Assembly (NCBI GenBank): GCA_038496445.1
Contig: JALMLS010000642.1
Location: 33,836 to 97,835, forward strand
From: Trichosphaerium sp. ATCC 40318
Taxonomy: Eukaryota; Protista; Tubulinea
Length of the DNA: 64,000 nt
Direction of reading: 5' to 3'
In this document: in pieces, positions 1 to 11,552 of the stretch
How the letters are laid out: every line of letters starts with the position of its first letter
Position numbering within the stretch: the first letter of the stretch is position 1
Notes under the pieces: model-generated
Database searches by the model: none
Told to the model about the DNA's origin: nothing
Seen by the model: the letters and a program-made list of their open reading frames with translations, nothing else
Position numbers and translations under genes: made by a program

Positions 1-173
1 TCAAATTATCAGAATACACTAAATCATGCTCTTTTTTTGAATGAGGTTAATTTATTACGCTATTGCACTGTATATACAATAAAAAAAAATCAATACTGAT
101 TCTAATGACTTCTGATGAGCCATGATGAGGTTGCTCTGTCATAGTTTAAGAATAAAACTTAAAAAACGTTTTT

Positions 174-1423
<1,250 letters not shown>

Positions 1424-1611
1424 CGGAGCTATAAAGGCAAGCAGTCTCTTGGCAGAAGTACTCGTAAAGTCAAGCAAGTGACAATTCTACTCAGTTACTC
1501 TTCAGTTAAGGATTTTTTGCGCACGGAACGCATGAAAGCGTACTCTACATGAAAATTTAAATACTACAAGCGTTATCTTAGCTCAAACCCGGACATATTT
1601 AACTGGGAAGT

Positions 1612-3007
1612 ATGGAAAAAGAAACAAGCAAATCCGACGTATCGGACGCTTCCTCCATGCATGGGAGCACAAAAAGTGACACCGAAGAGTCGTTAATAAT
1701 TGACATGAACACTAACTCTGAATGCCCTATTTGTTGTTTGGAACCCGAAAACGGACTTATAAGTCTCACCTGCGATCATAATTACTGTAATGAGGTACAA
1801 CAATAATTCTGTTTTTAACTACGAAGCAATTAACAGTACAAAGTGTCTGAGCGTATTCGTGCGTATAAAATACAGAGAAGATAACGTTCTAGACATTCCT
1901 TGCCCAGACCCTACATGCAAACATTTATTAACAAACGAAGAGGTGCGGTAAAACCTTTAGAATACCAGAGGTAACAAAGGAAATAGGTAGCGCCGTATTT
2001 AGGTGAACAGGAAAACAGAAAGTTTAAAATGAAGCGAAAACGGCAGCATATGCGCACTAATCCTGATTGTAAATGGTACCAAAGCGAAATAATTCTGTTT
2101 ACGCTTTTTTTCAAAAAACGCGTAAAAAATTTTCCAAACCAACCTTTCAATACATTGAGTACTTACAACATACTACCCAGGTGTCCTGAATGTGACATGG
2201 AAAATTTAAAGGTAGATAATGAACGAGATATTGAGTGTGCCTATTGCGAAACATCATATTGTTTTCAATGTGGTTTAAAGTCTCATCCTGGTGAACCTTG
2301 TGATGCTGACGAGATGTTTGAGCAGTATGCCAGTGAGATGAACATTAAGAAGTGTCCTAAATGTGGCCTGGCGTACGTTGACATGCGTTGTTTATTCAAC
2401 GATTAATTATAATTTGTCTTGCAGTGATATTTGCGTTTGAATGCGTTTTTCGCGTTTTTACCATAATCACTTTTTGGCGGTTTATTTCTGCATTTCTTGT
2501 CTTGTTACTTGCTTATTATCATCACTAGAACTCAAAAAAATAGTGGATGTAATTCTATGGATTGTAAAAGGTGTGGCGCCGAGTGGTGTTGGGTTTGTGG
2601 TGATGAGATAACAGATCCATTTACGCACTACAGAAAAGGTACGATTTTTTTTTTGTTGAAACACTTTTCTCATAAACCCACGTGATATGCACGCTTTTGT
2701 GTTTAACGTGAAGCGTATTGTTTCAAAGTGTATTTTAACAAAATATTTAGGTGCTTGTAAAGGAAAATCAGGGCATAGTTCGGGTGAATGGATAGGTATT
2801 TGGTCTGTGGCTATTTGTATTTTGTGTGTTGGTATTATTTGCCTTCCAGTCACAATCATTGCTATAATAGTTTATGCGTGTTGTTGTGCGAAAAAGAAGC
2901 CAGCTAGAAAGCCTCTTTGGTCTGCAGATGATGACACAGTTATTATTGATACAGAAGCAATACAAGAGAATCTTCCTCACGTGGAAACACGTGTGGAAAC
3001 TTTGTAA
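1612..3007 (+). CDS. RBR (RING1-IBR-RING2) E3 ubiquitin ligase with C-terminal TM helix, RNF144/RNF217-like
   Basis: RING1 CPICC..CDHNYC; IBR CPEC..CAYC..CFQC..H..C; RING2 CPKC..GCNSMDCKRCGAEWCWVC; hydrophobic WIGIWSVAICILCVGIICLPVTIIAIIVY near the C-terminus. Confidence 0.9.
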
Positions 3008-3295
3008 AAAAAAAAAACTTAATTCGAGAAAATCAAAGCGGGATGCCTGGAGAAACCTCTTGAACCCTTCCGACCGCCTTTTTTAAAAATGTACAGAACA
3101 ATATTATTTTTGTAAACTGATGTTATTGGTTTATTTTCTTCTTGGGGTTAGCGTTTGAGGCTTGTTTCTAAGGTGGAAAGAAATTTGTAGAGTGAGATTT
3201 TGTTGGAGTGAACAGAAATTGTAGAATGCCAAAATGTGCGTCGTAGCCGAGTTTGGTCTTTGTCAGTTGACTATTCTTGGGCTTTATAGTTTACA

Positions 3296-5326
3296 ATGAC
3301 TCGTGTTGGCTTTGTTTTGCTGGCTGTTACGTTTCTTTGCTTGTCTGATGCTCAAATACTTAGTAATATCACTCAGATTATTAGATCTGAAGGATACGTA
3401 TGGTTTTTTGATTTCAAGCGCTTATTGTTAACGTATCTACTAGCCAGCAGAAATACACAAAGTGCAAACAGCGGATGGCTATATCCTTACCATGAATGTA
3501 CGTCTTACAATACATACAAGCCGTTAACGGCACTTGGCCAACATTTACAACACCGAACTTTCCATTTCCTCATTTTTTTTTTAAAATAGCGCGTGCCTCA
3601 CGGGAAATCATCCACTAAGGCGTCTAAAGGAGCTGTATTATTTCAACACGGATTATTCGATTCATCGCACGTTTTAAAGCTATTAATCACGTTCTTATGA
3701 TGAAGTTAGGTTCGCAGGTGTATGTAATCCTCCTCCTGAAGGCCTTGCTTACTTTTTCGCTGATGCCGGATACGACGTTTGGTAAAGTCTTTCCAGAAGA
3801 CCCAAGTGTACTTACCGGATTGTTATAAATAGGTTGGGTAATAATAGAGGGAATGGTATTAGTATGGAACATGTGAAATATACACCAAAGGATAAAGAGT
3901 TTTGGGATTTTTCGTACGACAATTTTGTTTTTGATTGTAATTTTTTTGATCTGACATCCTTCAGGTGGGATGATATGGGTCAATATGATCTTCCAGCACA
4001 ATTAGATTATATCATTAAAACAACCGGACAAAAGAAAATACCATACATGGGCCACAGTCAGGCACAAAGACTAAAAATAATCAAGATGTATTAATTTTAT
4101 ATGCAGGGAACCGTTCAAGCTTTTTCCGGGTTTTTGAACCCATCAACTGCTGAAAAGGCTTCCATTTTTGTTGCTTTAGCACCTGTTGCTTGGGTAAATC
4201 ATATAACAGCAAAGCTAATGAGAACTCTTGGTGAATTAGACCTCAGCCAACTACTTGAGGTTTTAGGGTATGTTTTTTATTATTTTTTTTATTCTTACGA
4301 CCACGTGTCTTTCTTCTTACGATTTCTCTACATTATAGAGTACACGAAGTTGATATCCCTACGCTTATACATCACTTTTTCCCTGATCTCTGCGACGTTG
4401 ATCCATCGTGAGTTTTTCGTCAAGTTTCTTTACACTGAAGTTTTGAATGAAACTAACTTTTATTTAGCGCATGTGAGTTCGTTTTAATAGCTTTCGCTGG
4501 TGACTTTACATACAAGAATGCTAGTCAAATTCCATTTTATGTAAATTTTGAACCTAGCCCAACATCAACGAAAAATTTGATTCACTGGTACGCTTTTCAC
4601 CTCTTAACATTTCTTCGTGTTAACTAAAAAATCACATGATATTGATGAGTGATGAACTACACTATAAATTCGAGCTAAGGATAGCTCTTTTTTGGTTATT
4701 TATTACGTGCAAAATCACGTGTTGTGTTCGCTCGGAACAGAGTTACATTCGGTTCTGGTTTTTTATGTTGATGTTCTAACTTGTTTATTATTTAGGACTC
4801 AAGGTGTTAAAGAGAATGTATTTCAAAAGTATGACTATGGCGACCTTAAGAACTTGGAAAAATACCATCAACTAAGACCGCCTGCTTATGATCTATCTAA
4901 GTTTCCAACAAGTCTACCTGTCGCTTTGTTTACAGGAAGTATTGATGCTTTGGGTACTATCTTAAGCGTTATTTAAGTCTATTTCTTCTAATTGCTCTAG
5001 CTGATCCAAACGATGTCAAACAGATTCTAGACCATTTACCAATAAAGCCATTTGTCCATAATGAACCGGTACGTCTTTTCATTATTTTCGAAAGTACTTT
5101 GCTTCCAAATGCGAACAAGATCAATTCAAGATGTTGACTATCTGGCTTTGTTTCATTTTTTTGGCTTCTTTTTTTTTGTTTCATTTTTCTTGGCTTGCTA
5201 ACAATATTGTAGACTTTCGGTCATCTTGATTTCACTCTTGGCTATACAGCGTATGAGAAGGTTTATTCAGTTGCAATGAAACAGATTGAGGCAGCGAATG
5301 CTAAACTTAAAATTAGCATTGAATAG
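3296..5326 (+). CDS. Lysosomal/gastric-type acid lipase (abhydro_lipase family), paralog 1
   Basis: Signal peptide, LFQHGLFDSS, AGYDVWLGNNRGN, FWDFSWDDMGQYDLPA, GHSQG nucleophile, FQKYDYG, GSIDALAD, FGHLDF. Confidence 0.92.
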
Positions 5327-5447
5327 TGCTTGTAATAAAGAACGCCTACGAGTTAAAAATGGTATGTGTTAAGGAATACGCTGTTTTGGGCACCTATTAA
5401 AACCAGATTCTGGCGTGTTTAATACTAAGTTGATTTTTAAAACATTA

Positions 5448-6775
5448 TATTTATTGCGGAGATAAAACAAGTAATGAGATAGCCTTAAACACTTGCATTA
5501 TCGATGTCTTCAACAAGAGCGCATTTGAATCTGAATCGGCGATCACCATATGTACTGGAGTAGTAGCTACTCATACCTATGAGGAATCCTAACTTTCCTA
5601 GTCCCACATGCCTGCATGGAGTCGTTTGCGCTTCCCTTCAAAAAAAACTGTGAGAACACGTAAGTCGTTTTTGATATTGTTACCTGTAGTTACTCTGATA
5701 TGTTGTCCACCATGTTGTAAGGTATTTGAACCTTGGTGTGTCATTGACAGCATAACTGTTTCTCAACGAAGCACATTGAAAACTGAAACGGCGATCATCA
5801 GCATCTGAGTAAAAGTAGGAACGCATGCCTATTACAAAAGTGTCATGTCAGTTCTGATTAAAAGGATAAGCAGAGGATTTTTTCATACCTGTAATCAAGT
5901 GATTGTGAGGACACGTGAATGAGAAATACTTTTTCAAATCATTAACATTGTTGAACCAAAAAGGTCGATTATGGAGGAACTTAATATTGTCACGGGTTGC
6001 CATACAATTAGGTAAGAATGCTCTATCATTAATATTTGGATCAAAAACTGAATAGAACCAGTGAATACCTTCAGCTATTGATACACGTTGGTTAGCCACA
6101 ATTAGAATATCATTATTGATAACGTACTTTCAAGCTTGCACGTCCTACTGAAGTACCTCCCAACTTGAGTGTATCCCCTAGTATCTGTATCGGCGCCAGT
6201 CATCAAGACATCTCGATTTGAAAGGGGATGCGGTGTTGGAGGGCTTGTTGGCGCTGGTGTTGGCGGTTTTGTTGGTGGAGGTGTTGGAGGTTTTGTTGGC
6301 GCCTTTGTTGGTGCTTTCGATGGTGGTGGTGTATTAGAGTTTCCTACACAAGAGCAGCCGCACACAGCACGTTTTGAGAGATCACGTTTGAAAGGATCAC
6401 CTTGTTTAACAGTTAATAAAACTCAACATTGGGTTCTTTCATAGATGATATGTATGTACCTGGTGGATCTCCAGAGCATACTGGTATTTGTCCAGGATCG
6501 CAAGATGAGAATGAAACTGGTAAACACATGTTAGATTGAACACTACAGGTACATGAACCCTAGAACAATCCTATTGTCAGACAGATTTTTATGTTACTTC
6601 TACTATCATATGTACCGCAATTGTAGCAATCACAAATGAAGAAACGAGAATCAATACGATAGGTATTTGAATGGGAGAAGTGGTCATCGTTGTTTGAAAT
6701 GAAGTGGTTTATATTGATTTAGTTCAATACAATTTCATGAGACGCTGACGATTCGATGTGTTCACGTGAAATTGC
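5448..6775. repeat. Left arm of a ~1.3 kb inverted duplication (partner 11553-12826)
   Basis: Reverse complement aligns with 11553-12826 from ~90 bp upstream of the ATG to the AATAAA signal, with long near-identical blocks that include introns. Confidence 0.95.
5485..6687 (-). CDS. Secreted protein with a Cys-rich N-terminus, Pro/Thr linker and dermatopontin/HAAF-like repeats (intact copy)
   Basis: Signal peptide MTTSPIQIPIVLILVSSFVIATIA; PTKAPTKPPTP linker; repeats WFNNVNDLKKYFSFTCPHNHLITGMRSYFYSDADDRRFSFQC and LIGMSSYYSSTYGDRRFRFKC match the dermatopontin 'C..ITG..S.....DRR..F.C' pattern; introns splice in frame. Confidence 0.75.
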
Positions 6776-9209
6776 AGAACAAAAGTTCACCTTTTTCCAC
6801 CTTGGCTTCTCTAAAATCCGTTCATACAAGTTATATTAGGCTTAGAGATTCCATACCTAATACCCAAAATGCATCATGCATTTATAAACAAACCTCATTC
6901 AAGCGCGAAAAAAATACCCACTGATACAACTGAAAATCATGTTAGTGAACTGTTATCGTTTGTACCATTGTTCAGTTTCAGTAAAAATGCTGACGTTGAT
7001 GACAACGAACATAAATGAAACGAAGCGTTACCTAATGGATTGTGCTAACTCGCTTCTTTTTTCTTATTGGCAGCAAAGAAATACAAAGAGCTGAGTTCAA
7101 GCTTGAACGAGTTTTTTCGAGAGGCATTCGTAGAACAACTTTCTTTCTCATAATTTTCAGAAAATAATGGTTGCTAAAGCACTACACTTTTAAAGCAAAA
7201 TTATTCGTGCTCTTGACAATAGTTTTAATGATTGAAGCTTTATATTATAGTAGCCATACATACTATGAAATACTTACCTCAAGTATTATATTCAAGTCTA
7301 GTGATGTAGTCTACACCAACTCTAAATAATAAGTTAATTTTTTTTGATACTTTTATACATGGTGTTTAGCTAAACTATGTCAACTCATTGCACATATTTT
7401 CATTTTTGTTATTGTCACTTTGTATAGATGTAAATAGTTGTATTTAATAGCATCATTGGTCATTATTTAAAAGTAAACTCCAATAGAGTACCTCATATGT
7501 GGAGTTTGTTACTGAGATTTCTACATGTTTTTTCTTTACCAATGAGTATGGTACAATACCACTATACATGGCAATAGCGTTTGTGGCAAAGCAGGCTTAA
7601 AAAAGAACATGGCTTTAACTATTAGAAGTAAATAGGTACCCAGACACTGTTCGAAAATCATTAGGGTTTTTTCAAAAAAACCGCAACTACGGAAGTGCTA
7701 GGCCTAGCAACAATAAGTGCGATGTTTTTATTGTGTTTGAGAACATGTTTTCCTTTTGCAGATACGAAATTTGGTTGGCACTTGACATAATGATGTAGCC
7801 TTATCTAGTTCTGTGATTGTGAAAGTGACTTTAAAGACTTACACTTCAAAATAAAATCTCGTCTCGCCTCCTAAATGGAGGAGCAGCGTTTTTATGGCAT
7901 GTGGTGTACGCAGTGTCAGTGTTTACACCGTCCTAGGGCAGGTTAGGGAGGGTTATTTTTTTAATATGGCTGGCTTACTCTGAGCAAAAAAAGCAAAAAA
8001 ATTGATTGTTTACATCATAGTGCCGGAATAATATTCTTATTTTGAAACGTAACAAAGGGTCAAGAGTCTTGTAAGAAGTCGTGTAAAGTAAAGAAAGCGA
8101 CCACTGGTATAGTAATTTTGCTAAATGTTTTATTTTAGGTACATTCAGAGAACACATATTAACGACGATTAATGACATTTATTAACGATGTAGTTAAAAC
8201 CAGTCATTGAATGAGAGTAAAGGCTTTGAGTGTTACATATTTTGAAGCATACATTGCGATTCTTGGTTTGCATGCGGAGGGGTGTTGTTCAAATCCACAT
8301 GTAAAAGTATTGCTGAAATGTAACGATTTTGCAACGGCATCCTGCGGTGTCTATACTTTCGTTTCATGACCGCTATGTCATTTACATGCGTCAACAGTAG
8401 CGAGAAGGCGGAGAAAGTAGATTCTGAGAAATCGCCAAAACCTTTTTTACAATGGTAGAAATCACTATTGTTTCGGCAACTATACGAACTCTACACCACT
8501 TGAAAGGGAGAAAATATATATGGTAAAACGTTTTCACTTTCAAAATCGTTTTTGGCAGGCTTAGCTGGCCGCTAGAGACAAATCACATAAAAAAAAATTG
8601 TGTTGAATTTTAGCGAATTTTCTGATTCTGCTAGTAGTTTTTCTATTTATAAATCTAAAACACGTGAAAGGTACGCTGCCAATAGGATGTCCATAATCTA
8701 ACTAGCAAAATTAGGACGTGCCCGTAAAGCAAGAAGGCTTAGCACGCACATAAACGAATACGAAGGCTATATTGCTTTTCGTAGTTGTTAACTGGTTTGA
8801 TCTAACGCATTAGCCATTTACCGCGTTAGTAAGCTGTATTTTAGCATTATCAATCGATACACGTAAGTTAAACAAACGAGAGCCTTCTGGAACAAGAAGC
8901 CAACTGTGTGGTGAATAAGCTCATATTTTTTACCGCTGTCCACTTAAATCGTTTCCGGGACAACATTTGCTGTCAATTTTTTCGACATTTTGCAAACAAA
9001 AACTCTTGCCGTTTTGGGTTTTTACTTTCGCTCAATGCCTCTTGAAACACGTACAAATATAGTCACTCTTGGCTCTTGTGCACAAAAGGCTGTACAATGG
9101 GTAGAAATTTTTAAGTGGATGCAAACATATTCTGTTTGACAAAAATATGCCCTTGTAAGTGGTTTTCTAATGTTGGTTTTTTTTAGATTTGTTTGTTGGC
9201 GTACAAAGG

Positions 9210-10802
9210 ATGTCTTGTTCTACAAATTTACTGGATCTTCCTTGCGAAATTCAAGAGTATATTTGCACTTTTGGTATTGAAGCATTTACAAAATTTCATA
9301 CGCTGAGTAAGAGAGCAGCAGTTAATACACATTACAATAAAGAATTAGAAAAGAAAGGAAAATGGATAAGGTGGTACAAAAGTGGCAAAGTACGGGCTCA
9401 TGAATATGTAAAAAATGGACTATCTGAAGCATGGTATGAAAGTGGAACACTTGAGAGCCAGTGCAACATGGTTAATGGTAAAGCCAATGGCGAATTAAAA
9501 CTGTGGTATGAAAATGGACAACTCAAAAAGCAATATGTGTATGCTGATGGTAAAATCAATGGTGAATTCAAAGAGTGGGATGAAAATGGACAACTCAAAG
9601 AGCAGTGTGTGTATGTTGATGGTAAACTCAATGGTGAATTCAAAGAGTGGCATGAACATGGACAACTCAAAGATCAATATGTGTGTGTTGATGATAAAAT
9701 CGAGGGTGAATCCAAAGAGTGGTACAGTAACGGACAACTCAAAGATCAATGTGTGTATGTTAATGGCAAAATCAATGGCGAATTCAAAGGGTGGCATAGT
9801 AACGGACAACTCAAACAGCAGTGTGTGTATGTTAATGGTAATCTCAATGGTGAATACAAAGAGTGGCATAGTAATGGACAACTCAAAGAGCAATATGTGT
9901 ATGTTAATGGTAAAATCAATGGTGAATTCAAAGAGTGGTACAGTAACGGACAACTCAAAGAGCAATATGCGTGTGTTGATGATAAAATAGAGGGTGAATC
10001 CAAAGAGTGGTATGAAAGTGGACAACTCAAAGATCAATGCGTGTATGTTGGTGGTAAAATCAATGGCGAATTCAAAGAGTGGCATAGTAATGGACAACTC
10101 AAAGAGCAATATGTGTGTGTTGATGGTAAAATCAATGGTGAATCCAAAGAGTGGTACAGTAATGGACAACTCAAAGAGCAATATGCGTGTGTTGATGATA
10201 AAATAGAGGGTGAATCCAAAGAGTGGTATGAAAGTGGACAACTCAAACAGCAGTGTGCGTATGTTGATGGTAAACTCAATGGTGAATTCAAAGAGTGGCA
10301 TGAAAATGGACAACTCAAACGGCAACTTCAAGTAAAGGTTAAGTGTGTTGCTAATGGTAAAGCCAATGGTGAATACAAAGAGTGGTATGAAAGTGGACAA
10401 CTCAAACAGCAGTGTGTGTATGTTAATGGCAAAATCAATGGTGAATACAAAGAGTGGCATGAAAATGGACAACTCAAAGAGCAATATGTGTATGTTAATG
10501 GTAAAGTCAATGGTGAATTCAAAGAGTGGTACAGTAACGGACAACTCAAAGAGCAATCTGTGCGTGTTGATGGTGAATTCAATGGTGAATTAAAAGAGTG
10601 GTATGAAAGTGGACAACTCAAACAGCAGTGCGTGTATGCTGGTGGTAAACTCAATGGTGATTCCAAAGAGTGGTATGATAATGGACAACTCAAACGGCAA
10701 CTTCAAGTAAAGTTTAGATATGCTGATGGTAAAATCAATGGTGAATTCAAAGAGTGGGATGAAAATGGACGACTCACAGCGAAGACTTTGTCAGGAAACT
10801 AA
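9210..10802 (+). CDS. F-box-like N-terminus plus MORN-variant (MORN_2/YwqK-type) repeat protein, intronless CDS
   Basis: ATG at 9210; LLDLPCEIQEYIC fits the F-box start motif L..LP.EI...I; about 19 repeats of consensus GQLKEQYVYVNGKINGEFKEWYSN; 530 uninterrupted codons. Confidence 0.85.
   Translation: MSCSTNLLDLPCEIQEYICTFGIEAFTKFHTLSKRAAVNTHYNKELEKKGKWIRWYKSGKVRAHEYVKNGLSEAWYESGTLESQCNMVNGKANGELKLWYENGQLKKQYVYADGKINGEFKEWDENGQLKEQCVYVDGKLNGEFKEWHEHGQLKDQYVCVDDKIEGESKEWYSNGQLKDQCVYVNGKINGEFKGWHSNGQLKQQCVYVNGNLNGEYKEWHSNGQLKEQYVYVNGKINGEFKEWYSNGQLKEQYACVDDKIEGESKEWYESGQLKDQCVYVGGKINGEFKEWHSNGQLKEQYVCVDGKINGESKEWYSNGQLKEQYACVDDKIEGESKEWYESGQLKQQCAYVDGKLNGEFKEWHENGQLKRQLQVKVKCVANGKANGEYKEWYESGQLKQQCVYVNGKINGEYKEWHENGQLKEQYVYVNGKVNGEFKEWYSNGQLKEQSVRVDGEFNGELKEWYESGQLKQQCVYAGGKLNGDSKEWYDNGQLKRQLQVKFRYADGKINGEFKEWDENGRLTAKTLSGN
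9516..10767 (+). repeat. Coding tandem array: 17 units of 72 bp (units 12 and 17 longer, 87 and 84 bp)
   Basis: Each unit begins with invariant GGACAACTCAAA at 72-bp period (9516, 9588 ... 10308); units at 9948 and 10164 are identical. Confidence 0.95.
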
Positions 10803-11552
10803 CTTCCCGCTACACAGTGGAGTCAATAACAAACCATACAATGTTAATAACATTAAAGTTTAGATTTAGATTTTGACATATCAGCTGTTTGGCATTCTCA
10901 TTTATTTCCACCAATGTGATACAAATGAAAAACATATTTGAAATGTACCTGGAGCGCACCCTATAAAACGGTTTGAAATAATCAATTTTGCGGCTAAAAG
11001 CCACTCACTGGAGTTTATGCTGAAGAGTCTAAACCTTAGTGGAATTAGTTTTGATAAGTGCAGGTGCGCTAAGCTCCATACCATGTTCAGTTTGTAGAAA
11101 TGAGTGGATGGGTACTTCAGAAAAGTGTAATAACGTAACATTGTCATAGCCTATTAGTAGCGTAAAGAAGGCCTTAACGGAGTTTGATAATGTTCGACCT
11201 TGTTAGGTTTTCGGCTGTTATTCCTCTCAAAGATAATCTAATCGTGACAAATGTTTAAATTTGAAACTGTACCCACCTCGTCAATGAAGTCTTGGTAGTG
11301 AAATAACGGCTACGACGGTACCACGACCACCACCACCTCTACAGTTGTTTCCACTACTCCTACCTTTGTTTTCACGTGGACAAAGAAATTTCTGTTGGTG
11401 CTCGTGATTGCGAGTCAGCTATGTCAGTTTTTTTTTATTGAAAGTGAAGTTAACATATCAGATACCCCCCGTATTAAGACCATAATGATTGGAGCGATTT
11501 GACCGGGATGCATCATGCATTTTGAAAAAAGAGAAAAATAAGTGAACTATCA

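Noticed and set aside
6169-6444. Gly/Val-rich plus-strand ORF
   Set aside because: Antisense of the Pro/Thr linker in the dermatopontin-like gene.
8230-8310. Functional tRNA gene
   Set aside because: No acceptor stem or D-arm, and the stems are mismatched; kept only as a low-interest relic.
9495-10556. 353-aa antisense ORF and other alternate-frame ORFs over the repeat array
   Set aside because: By-products of a 72-bp in-frame repeat that lacks stops in other frames; no independent coding signal.
9516-10767. CRISPR array or diversity-generating retroelement
   Set aside because: The sequences between the invariant cores are homologous coding sequence, not unique spacers. Variation is not adenine-specific, and there is no cas gene or reverse transcriptase in the window.
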